This document shows, in pieces, positions 8,637 to 16,317 of a stretch of 31,908 nucleotides of DNA (positions within the stretch are counted from its first letter, which is position 1; each line of letters starts with the position of its first letter). This DNA is from an uncultured Bacteroidota bacterium (GTDB taxonomy: Bacteria > Bacteroidota > Bacteroidia > UBA7662): assembly GCA_903908015.1 (NCBI GenBank), contig CAIVQI010000100.1, positions 1 through 31,908 on the forward strand. Reading direction: 5' to 3'. Both the position numbers and the translations under genes were made by a program. The notes beneath the pieces were generated by a model. The model was not told the DNA's origin. It searched no databases and saw only the letters and a list, made by a program, of their open reading frames with translations.

Positions 8637-8876
8637 GACCTATTTCGGCTTCGGTTTCGAACTTTTTTCCATGTTTGCGCAAAATATGAACTGAATACGC
8701 CCGACATTCGGCACTTCCTTTGATCGCCCATCATTCTTTGCGCGCGTTTACCGCTTCAACATCAGGAACTACGATCGGATGGGGATCATCGACCCCGGAC
8801 TTACAAGCATATCGGAAAGGAGCAATTTTAGGTTCGTGTAGATGGCGGAGTTGAATAATGGCCAGGCATGAGTCGA

Positions 8877-9857
8877 CTATGTCCCAAATACTTCGGCAAG
8901 CATGCAGCGGGCCGAGCCGCCACCCATGCGTTCGATAAGGGGAATGTCGAGAATAATGGGCTTCAAGAGTCCAGAAATCAGTTGGCGCTGCTGTTCGGTG
9001 AATGCATTCCATGCTGTCCGCGAAACCACCAGATGTTGCCCTCCGTCTGTGTTTTGCACCTCCAAGACATTGGCGCAAAACGATCCCATTTGATCGTCAT
9101 TTATTTCTATGAGCGTTCTGTTGTGGCGCATGAGTTGGTTTCTGATTGTAGAAACCCCAGTTTGCTCGATTACATCAAGGCACGCAATGGCAAGGGTGGG
9201 CCCCACAGACAATACCACATTGGTGTGGTATGGGGGATCCCCAAATTTATCGTTGGTCAACATAAATATCAAATCATAATCGAGGTGCTTCGCCACCAAT
9301 TCGGCTGTGTTGCGGTGGGTGCGCGGCGAATCTGTGGCAAAAACTACATGGTGTTGGTGATCAAAAACCAGGCTGCCTGTGCCTTCCAGGAACTGATTGG
9401 CTTCAGCCTGGGATCGTAAATCCAAACCCATATTGAATCCCATTGATTCCAAAGCAGCCACATGGGTGGGGTCGATTTCAGCTCGGCGGTTTTCGGCCAT
9501 CATCGGATACAAAATGTATTGGCCACCCTGATGCGTACTGAACCAATTGTTCAGAAAAACAGCATCGGGTTTAGGTGGATGTGGATTGTCGTACCAAACA
9601 GTGACTTGAACGCCTGCGGATTGTATGCGCGCCACACTTTGGTCGAATTCAAGCATTGCGCGCTGTGCAATTTGGTCGTGGTTGGTTAATGGGTTCCTCA
9701 GGACTTCATCTGGATTTAAAAAAGGGGGATTTATGTCGGTTTGAAATGAATGAGGGGATAATTTCTTCTGAAATGCATTCGTAGCGCTTGTCTGTTCGTT
9801 GAAGCCAAACTGGGTCGGCCGGATCATCAATAGATGATTGGATATAACAGGATTCAT
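8877..9857 (-). CDS. ctlX: Amidinotransferase-superfamily hydrolase (CtlX-like citrulline-utilisation hydrolase)
   Basis: MIRPxxFxxNxQT, NNWFSTH, LYPMMAENRRAE, LEGTGSLVFD, YHTNVVL and IERMGGGSARCMLAEVF (catalytic Cys). Confidence 0.82.
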   Translation of the reverse strand: MNPVISNHLLMIRPTQFGFNEQTSATNAFQKKLSPHSFQTDINPPFLNPDEVLRNPLTNHDQIAQRAMLEFDQSVARIQSAGVQVTVWYDNPHPPKPDAVFLNNWFSTHQGGQYILYPMMAENRRAEIDPTHVAALESMGFNMGLDLRSQAEANQFLEGTGSLVFDHQHHVVFATDSPRTHRNTAELVAKHLDYDLIFMLTNDKFGDPPYHTNVVLSVGPTLAIACLDVIEQTGVSTIRNQLMRHNRTLIEINDDQMGSFCANVLEVQNTDGGQHLVVSRTAWNAFTEQQRQLISGLLKPIILDIPLIERMGGGSARCMLAEVFGT

Positions 9858-9937
9858 TCAGATGCTTTGGTCTAGATAGGCAAATAAAAGTCTGTTTTGA
9901 TCAGAAAACGCTCAAAATGGGGGAAAAGGGAGTCGGA

Positions 9938-11251
9938 TTATGGCTTAAGTGCAGCGCTGTAGGTGTCGAGTGCGCGTTGCCGGGCAAAGGAATGTTCCAC
10001 CATCGGAGCCGGATAGCGAGAAGTGCCCCATTCGGGTACCCATTTGCGGATATAAAGACTATTTGGATCGAACTTTCGTGCTTGTTCAGAAGGGTTGAAT
10101 ACCCTGAAATAAGGTGCTGCATCGCACCCACTCCCCGCGGCCCATTGCCAGCCACCATTGTTCGAGGCCAGATCAAAGTCCAATAAGTGTCGGGCAAACC
10201 ATGCTGCGCCCCAGCGCCAATCAATCAGTAAATGTTTCGTGAGGAAGCTGGCCGTCACCATACGCACCCTGTTGTGCATGAAGCCAGTATGGCGCAATTG
10301 ACGCATGCCTGCATCGACCAGCGGGTAGCCTGTAGTGCCGTGGCACCAACGTTCAAAGTCGGCTGGCGCATCCCTCCATGCGATTTGATCATAAGCCGGC
10401 TTAAAAGACCGTTCGGCTACGTACGGGAACTGAGCGAGGATCATTTGATAAAAATCACGCCAAATGAGCTCGTTCAGGAATGTGGCATTGAGGCGGCGCG
10501 CGCGTTGGGCGAGTAATCGGATGCTGATTGTGCCAAATCGAAGGTGAATGCCCAGCCTGGAAGTACCTTCAATATGTGGGAAATTCCGGCGAGCATCGTA
10601 ATGTGCGATGAGATCATCCTCAGTGTGGGTTGGCGGAATGCTGATGGCGGATGGTTTGAACCCAAGTTCTTGCAGGGTTGGCAGGGGTGTGCCGGGGTCT
10701 GTTACGAGTTGGCTGCTTTTAAGCAGTTCTGCACTGTTCCACTCCTGAACATGCTCCGCTTGGAGGGTGTTGAGCCATTTTCTGCTGTAGGGTGTATAAA
10801 CCGTGTATGGCTTGCCATCATCTTTCAATACTTCATGCGGTTCGCGCAGGACATGGTCTTTGTAGTCATGCCATGGGATACCATGCCGATGAAGCAGGGA
10901 TGCTATCTGGGCGTCGCGCTGTCGTGCATATGGCTCATAATCGCGGTTTGCATAAACCTCTGCTATTTTATGCTTTTGGAGTAACTCCGCCCAAATTTCT
11001 TCAGGCTTTCCATGCATGATACAAAGGCCGGCACCGGACTGCTGCAGGGTTTCATGGAGCGCCAACAAGGTATTATGTAGAAAATGCACACGGGCATCGT
11101 CATTTGATTCTAGACGATCCAGGATGTGTTTGTCGAAAATAAACAGAATCATCACCGGGCGCCCTGCTTTGAGTGCATGCCAAAGAGCGGTATTGTCCGA
11201 CAGCCGAAGGTCTCTTCGAAGCCAGCAAACACTTATAGGATAAACCGACAT
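9938..11251 (-). CDS. phr: Deoxyribodipyrimidine (CPD) photolyase
   Basis: WLRRDLRLSDN, TSRLGIHLRFGTIS, NELIWRDFY, TGYPLVDAGMRQL, MHNRVRMVTASFL and DFDLASNNGGWQW. The Trp triad (IAW, IDW, GGW) and the CPD-type Met and Asn are present. Confidence 0.95.
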   Translation of the reverse strand: MSVYPISVCWLRRDLRLSDNTALWHALKAGRPVMILFIFDKHILDRLESNDDARVHFLHNTLLALHETLQQSGAGLCIMHGKPEEIWAELLQKHKIAEVYANRDYEPYARQRDAQIASLLHRHGIPWHDYKDHVLREPHEVLKDDGKPYTVYTPYSRKWLNTLQAEHVQEWNSAELLKSSQLVTDPGTPLPTLQELGFKPSAISIPPTHTEDDLIAHYDARRNFPHIEGTSRLGIHLRFGTISIRLLAQRARRLNATFLNELIWRDFYQMILAQFPYVAERSFKPAYDQIAWRDAPADFERWCHGTTGYPLVDAGMRQLRHTGFMHNRVRMVTASFLTKHLLIDWRWGAAWFARHLLDFDLASNNGGWQWAAGSGCDAAPYFRVFNPSEQARKFDPNSLYIRKWVPEWGTSRYPAPMVEHSFARQRALDTYSAALKP

Positions 11252-11289
11252 GGTTGTTTGAAGGTTTTCTTGATTATTAAAATCCGTAA

Positions 11290-12000
11290 TCAGCCTCTGA
11301 GGCTTCCCATACCCCCATCTACCCCTATAATCTGACCAGTTATCCAGCCAGATTCGGGTGACAATAGAAATACTGCTGCCGAGGCCGTGTCATGGGGCTG
11401 ACCAACGCGTCCAAGTGGGTGCCTTTTGTCGCCCGCTAACCTTTTTTCATCGCTGTTCAGTAAGGGTGCAGCCAGAGGGGTATCGGTGAGAGAGGGCGCC
11501 AGGGCATTAACCCGTATGCTTGAGGAAGCAGACTCTGCGGCCAGCGAGCGGGTAAGTCCTTCCAATGCAGATTTAGCGGAAGCAATCGAGCTATGAAACG
11601 GCATGCCCGTTTGCGCGGCAACGGTACTGAAGAATACCACAGATGAATCCCCCGCTTTTTTGAGCCTTGAATAAGCGGAGCGAACAGCGCGTACCGCCCC
11701 CAAGAAATTGAGCTTCCATTCGTTGAGGTAGTCGGCGTCGGTTAACCGGGTAAAGGGTTTTAGGGTGATGCTGCCCGGTGCATATACCAATCCGTGCAGT
11801 TGCTCGGGCAGGTGATCAAGGGGTAAATCTACATCCCCAACGGCGTCCCAAAATGTCCAATGGTCTCCATAAGTATCCGGTTTTTGGCGACCAAATGTCC
11901 AAACATTTGCTCCCTCATGCCGAGACATTCGTGCAATCTCCGCACCTATGCCAGTGCGAGCGCCCACAATCAGGATGTTCCGTTGTACTAACCTGGCCAT
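11290..12000 (-). CDS. Short-chain dehydrogenase/reductase, atypical (IxxxK in place of YxxxK)
   Basis: VGARTGIG Rossmann motif, NFLG, catalytic-Ser region FFSTVAA, SIASAK, RVNALAPSLTDT and ITGQIIGVDGG. ATG overlaps the folE stop (TAATG). Confidence 0.9.
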   Translation of the reverse strand: MARLVQRNILIVGARTGIGAEIARMSRHEGANVWTFGRQKPDTYGDHWTFWDAVGDVDLPLDHLPEQLHGLVYAPGSITLKPFTRLTDADYLNEWKLNFLGAVRAVRSAYSRLKKAGDSSVVFFSTVAAQTGMPFHSSIASAKSALEGLTRSLAAESASSSIRVNALAPSLTDTPLAAPLLNSDEKRLAGDKRHPLGRVGQPHDTASAAVFLLSPESGWITGQIIGVDGGMGSLRG

Positions 12001-12650
12001 TATTGTGCTGGCATTTCAAGATAGCGGAGAAATTCGGATCTGGTGGCCTCATCCAGGAAGCGGCCGCTGTAATCGGATGTGATGGTTCTACTTTGACGGT
12101 CTTGCACCCCGCGCATGCTCACGCACATGTGGTGGGCGTCTATAACCACGGCCACGTCCTCTGTTTTAAGAACACTTCGGAGTTCATTGGCGATTTGCCG
12201 GGTGAGGCGTTCCTGCACCTGGGGTCTTCGTGCAAAATAATCGACGATCCGGTTTATCTTGCTCAAACCGATGACCTGTCCGTTGCTGATATAGGCTACA
12301 TGTGCTTTGCCCACGATGGGCACGAAATGGTGTTCACAATGGGAGTAGACGGCAATTTCCTTCTCAACCAGCATTTGCTTATACTGGTATTTGTTGTCAA
12401 ATAGCGCGACACGCGGTTTGTTATCAGGATTGAGGCCACTGAAAATCTCTTCGACATACATTTTGGCGACGCGATATGGAGTTCCTCTGAGGCTATCATC
12501 GCTCAGGTCCAGTCCCAAGACATGCATGATTTCTCGGAAATGCTTTTCGATCAATTCGATTTTGAGCTCGTTGTCGCGTTCAAACGCATCTTGGCGGAGC
12601 GGTGTATCCATTGATCCAGGTGCATGATGGTCGCCTAACTCTTCCATCAT
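12000..12650 (-). CDS. folE: GTP cyclohydrolase I
   Basis: [35 protein letters not shown] and HMCVSMRGV. Start placed at ATG 12650, 7 nt after the PTPS stop; the ORF-track start 12695 overlaps PTPS. Confidence 0.95.
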   Translation of the reverse strand: MMEELGDHHAPGSMDTPLRQDAFERDNELKIELIEKHFREIMHVLGLDLSDDSLRGTPYRVAKMYVEEIFSGLNPDNKPRVALFDNKYQYKQMLVEKEIAVYSHCEHHFVPIVGKAHVAYISNGQVIGLSKINRIVDYFARRPQVQERLTRQIANELRSVLKTEDVAVVIDAHHMCVSMRGVQDRQSRTITSDYSGRFLDEATRSEFLRYLEMPAQ

Positions 12651-12657
12651 TCGGTGT

Positions 12658-13065
12658 TCATCCTTCACATTCAACATAATTTCGTTCGGTTTCATATAAG
12701 GTTACTTTTAAATCATGAGCAGGGTCAATTTCAGGGCGCAAAATGACCCAAATGACTTGTGCAATGTTCTCTGCAGTGGGGACAAGCGTTTTAAACTCCG
12801 CAGTATCCAGGTTGAGGTTTTGATGATCAAATCGTTCTACCACGCAACGGTCGATGAGCTCAGCCAACCACTTTAAGTCCACCACATAGCCTGTATCGGC
12901 GTCGACTTCGCCGCGCACGTGCACCAGTAGGTTGTAATTATGTCCGTGGTAATTGGCATTAGCGCATTTGCCATACACTGCATTGTTGCGCTGCTCATCC
13001 CAATCTGGCCTATACAGGCGGTGGGCGGCATTGAAATGGGATTTACGGGTTACGGTAATTTTCAC
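12658..13065 (-). CDS. 6-pyruvoyl-tetrahydropterin synthase family protein (COG0720), PTPS-II-type signature
   Basis: [19 protein letters not shown] (C-x5-HGH), [16 protein letters not shown] and LYETERN. GTG start. Confidence 0.92.
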   Translation of the reverse strand: MKITVTRKSHFNAAHRLYRPDWDEQRNNAVYGKCANANYHGHNYNLLVHVRGEVDADTGYVVDLKWLAELIDRCVVERFDHQNLNLDTAEFKTLVPTAENIAQVIWVILRPEIDPAHDLKVTLYETERNYVECEG

Positions 13066-13123
13066 GATGTAGATTAAACCCCTGAGCCCATCATTTGTTC
13101 GACTGAGGACAGATTTTATTAGC

Positions 13124-14152
13124 CTACCAGCGGATCAGCGCCGAAGCCCAGGTAAAACCACTGCCGAATGCTGCCAACATAAGAAGGTCGCCCCGTTGTA
13201 ACCTGCCCTCGGATACGGCCTCACTGAGGGCAATGGGAATCGAGGCAGCAGTGGTATTTCCATACCGCATAATGTTATTAAAAACCTGATCATCTCGAAG
13301 CCCCATTTTTTGCTGGATATACTGACTAATCCTCAGATTGGCCTGATGCGGGATCATCAGTTTGAGCTCGCTGGATTGTACGCCATTGGCCATTAAGGCC
13401 TCGTTGATGACTTCAGAAAACCGGTTGATGGCATGTTTAAAAACGAAATTCCCGTTCATGTAAGGATAGTATGACTCATCGTTGGGGTTGTTTTCGTTCA
13501 TAATGTGTGATACCCAATGTTGGGTGCTGGGACTAATCACAGCGAGCTCACGTGCATGTCTTCCTTCACTATGGAGATGCGTCGATAGTATCTTGCTCTT
13601 GCCCAATTCATTATCAGTGTGCTGTGGAGCAACCCCCACGACGACAGCACCAGCACCATCTCCAAAAATGACACTCACATTTCTCCCTCGGGTGGTCATG
13701 TCTAGTCCAGCACTGTGCACCTCAGAACCCACCACGAGAATTCGTCGGTACATGCCTGTGCGGATGAATTGATCCGCAACGGAAAGCGCATACACAAAGC
13801 CAGAGCATTGGTTGCGGATATCCAGTGCCCCGATGGTGTGGTCAGGAGCTAACATTTCTTGCAATTGAACCCCAGGTCCAGGGAAGTAGTAGTCTGGGCT
13901 CAAGGTCGCGAATATGATAAAGTCCAGTTCTTCAGCGGTAATTCCAGCGTTATTGAGCGCAATCAATGATGCTCGGTAGCCCATGGTGGCTGTGGTGTCA
14001 CCATGGCCCGGTACCACATGCCGGCGTTCCTCAATACCCGTGCGTTCTACAATCCACTCATGCGATGTGTCCATGAACTGGCTCAGATCGTTGTTGGTTA
14101 CCACATGGTCTGGCACAAAGTGCCCGACTCCTAAAATCATACTGCTCTTCAT
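13124..14152 (-). CDS. fabH: 3-oxoacyl-ACP synthase III (KAS III) family
   Basis: EWIVERTGIEERR, catalytic triad NQCSGF / IPHQAN / YGNTTAAS, IFGDGAGA and AFGSGFTW. Confidence 0.93.
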   Translation of the reverse strand: MKSSMILGVGHFVPDHVVTNNDLSQFMDTSHEWIVERTGIEERRHVVPGHGDTTATMGYRASLIALNNAGITAEELDFIIFATLSPDYYFPGPGVQLQEMLAPDHTIGALDIRNQCSGFVYALSVADQFIRTGMYRRILVVGSEVHSAGLDMTTRGRNVSVIFGDGAGAVVVGVAPQHTDNELGKSKILSTHLHSEGRHARELAVISPSTQHWVSHIMNENNPNDESYYPYMNGNFVFKHAINRFSEVINEALMANGVQSSELKLMIPHQANLRISQYIQQKMGLRDDQVFNNIMRYGNTTAASIPIALSEAVSEGRLQRGDLLMLAAFGSGFTWASALIRW

Positions 14153-14188
14153 GATTCAGATTTAAGGTGGAAAAATACTGACTAATGC

Positions 14189-14515
14189 CTACAAAAAACC
14201 AAGTTCAAGGCGAGCCTCTTCACTCATCAGGTCCTGCGACCAAGCGGGCTCGAAGGTGAGGGTAACAACCGCCTCACTGACTCCTGCGATTCCTCGAATT
14301 TTTGATTCAACCTCGCCGGGAAGGGTGCCCGCTACCGGGCAGGCAGGGGAGGTTAGGGTCATGATGACTTCTACTTTTCCTTCATGACCCACTTTGACTT
14401 CGTAGATCAACCCCAATTCATAAATGTCGACCGGTATTTCGGGATCATAAATGGTTTTGAGAACGGCAATAACGTCCTGTTGAAGTTCCACAAATGATTT
14501 ATTGGGCTGTGTCAT
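14189..14515 (-). CDS. sufT: DUF59 / SufT-like Fe-S assembly protein
   Basis: LKTIYDPEIPVDIYELGLIY, MTLTSPACPVAG and EPAWSQDLMSEEARLELG. ATG directly follows the sufE stop. Confidence 0.88.
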   Translation of the reverse strand: MTQPNKSFVELQQDVIAVLKTIYDPEIPVDIYELGLIYEVKVGHEGKVEVIMTLTSPACPVAGTLPGEVESKIRGIAGVSEAVVTLTFEPAWSQDLMSEEARLELGFL

Positions 14516-14959
14516 TCAGTTCCTGTTTTGTGTACCCAATGCAAGTGATGCATCATGACGGATGCGCGACAACATACCCGCTAAGCCGTTGGCCCTTCCG
14601 GGAGATAGATGCGCGGTGAGCCCGATGCGTTCAGGCAGATCAAAGTTTTCATTAAGAATATCGGATGGCGTTTGGCCGTTAAATACTTTCATCAACAAGG
14701 CGATGATGCCTCTTGCAATAAAGGCTTCAGAATCAGCGGACATCCATAATCGGTTGTTTTCATAGCGGGTGATCAGCCAGACACGACTCTGGCATCCTCT
14801 AATGAGGTTGTCGGAAGTTTTTTCTTCAGGGGATAGCCCCTGAACTTCCTTTCCTAAATCCATTAGATAAGCATATCGCTCCTCCCAATCGTCGAGGTAT
14901 TCGAAGTCGGCCGCCAATTGATCTTGAATGGACTTCATATTACTCGGTATGTTCATCAT
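14516..14959 (-). CDS. sufE: Cysteine desulfuration protein SufE
   Basis: WEERYAYLMDLG, IRGCQSRVWL (acceptor Cys), ADSEAFIARG and LSPGRANGL. Several candidate Met starts within the first 8 codons. Confidence 0.93.
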   Translation of the reverse strand: MMNIPSNMKSIQDQLAADFEYLDDWEERYAYLMDLGKEVQGLSPEEKTSDNLIRGCQSRVWLITRYENNRLWMSADSEAFIARGIIALLMKVFNGQTPSDILNENFDLPERIGLTAHLSPGRANGLAGMLSRIRHDASLALGTQNRN

Positions 14960-14983
14960 ATTCGATCTGCAAAAATTTCTGGT

Positions 14984-16255
14984 TTAATTGGATTGGGATA
15001 TTCCAAGCAACCGCAATGCCCGTTTGATGGCCCGGTCCAATTGGTCTATTTCTTCGAATGTATTATAAATTGCCAGAGAAACCCTGCAGGTCCCGGTGAT
15101 GCCAAAATGACGCATCAATGGCTGCGCGCAATGATGGCCTGTACGCAGTGCGATGCCTTGCTCATCAAGCAGGATGCCCAGATCATAGGGATGCACCCCA
15201 TCGACCACGAATGAAATGACTCCTGCGCGCTCTTTCGGGCTACCAATGAAGCGGATCTGTGGGATTTCGCTCAGTTTCTCAAGGGCATATTGCAGCAATT
15301 CCGACTCACGACGGCTAATATTTTGCCAGCCAATCGATTCCAAAAAGTCGATGGCTGCAGATAAGCCGATAACCCCTGCGATATTGGGGGTGCCCGCCTC
15401 CAAACGGTAGGGGAGATCGGCCCATGTGCTCTTTTCGTAAGTCACCTCATCAATCATATCCCCACCACCAAAAACGGGGTCCAGGGTCTCCAGAATCGAT
15501 TTTTTGCCGTAAAGGACCCCTAGTCCGGTTGGCCCCATCATTTTATGGGCTGAGAAGCATAGGAAATCGACCCCCAGGTGTTGAACATCTATGGGGTGGT
15601 GCGCAGCCACCTGGGCGGCATCAATGAGGGTGGTTATGCCCTTCTCACGGGCCAATTGTACCCAATCATGAGCCGGATTGATGGTTCCAAGGGCGTTACT
15701 GATCCAACTAAAGGCAAAAATCCGGGTTTTTGAATGGAGCATTTCGGCAACGGAATCGGTACTCACTTCACCGAATTCATTAACGGGCACAATTTTTAAT
15801 TGGGCTCCGGTCATGGCGCAGGCCATTTGCCAGGGCACAAGGTTGGCGTGGTGTTCGAGCCCCGTCACCAGCACTTCGTCGCCCGGTTTTAGATGGGCAC
15901 GCCCCCATGATAGGGCCACCACATTAACAGAGGCTGTAGTACCGGAAGTGAAAATAATTTCTGATGGGTCCTTGGCGCAGATGAAACGGGCTGTTTTTTG
16001 GCGCGCTTCTTCGTATGCTAAAGTGGCGCGTTGACTCAAAGAATGAACCCCACGATGAACATTTGCATTGTCAAACTCATAGTATCGTGTCATGGCATCG
16101 ATCACCTTCCGTGGCTTTTGTGCGGTTGCGGCGTGATCGAAATAAGCCAAGGGGTAGCCATTCACCTGTTGATGAAGGGCAGGGAATTCATCGCGAACTG
16201 CCTTCCAGTCAGTTTGATGGGTTTTACCCGATACAGATTGATCCGACTGTTTCAT
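14984..16255 (-). CDS. sufS: Cysteine desulfurase SufS
   Basis: YFDHAATAQKP, ANVHRGVH, SAHKMMGPTG (PLP Lys), EAGTPNIAG and RTGHHCAQP. Start moved to ATG 16255 (MKQSDQ), downstream of the sufD stop. Confidence 0.95.
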   Translation of the reverse strand: MKQSDQSVSGKTHQTDWKAVRDEFPALHQQVNGYPLAYFDHAATAQKPRKVIDAMTRYYEFDNANVHRGVHSLSQRATLAYEEARQKTARFICAKDPSEIIFTSGTTASVNVVALSWGRAHLKPGDEVLVTGLEHHANLVPWQMACAMTGAQLKIVPVNEFGEVSTDSVAEMLHSKTRIFAFSWISNALGTINPAHDWVQLAREKGITTLIDAAQVAAHHPIDVQHLGVDFLCFSAHKMMGPTGLGVLYGKKSILETLDPVFGGGDMIDEVTYEKSTWADLPYRLEAGTPNIAGVIGLSAAIDFLESIGWQNISRRESELLQYALEKLSEIPQIRFIGSPKERAGVISFVVDGVHPYDLGILLDEQGIALRTGHHCAQPLMRHFGITGTCRVSLAIYNTFEEIDQLDRAIKRALRLLGISQSN

Positions 16256-16317
16256 TGAGTTGCGTACTGCAAATGAGGGGCAAGAGGAAGAGATGAGCAG
16301 GATGGAGGCGGATGGGA

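Noticed and set aside
8391-8723. 110-aa plus-strand ORF after phoA
   Set aside because: Overlaps the clearly recognisable DUF2256 gene on the opposite strand and has no motif.
8731-9078. 115-aa minus-strand ORF as listed
   Set aside because: About 200 nt overlap ctlX in another frame. Only its 3' end is kept as part of the speculative mini-ORF chain.
8868-9419. 183-aa plus-strand ORF
   Set aside because: Antisense to ctlX, with no family features.
9938-11251. Possibility that the photolyase is a 6-4 photolyase, cryptochrome or Fe-S (FeS-BCP) type, given the nearby suf genes
   Set aside because: It has the CPD-type RMVTAS Met and the DLASNN Asn, lacks the 6-4 His pair, and has no four-Cys cluster motif.
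11778-12404. 208-aa plus-strand ORF
   Set aside because: Antisense to folE and the SDR, with no motifs; shadow ORF.
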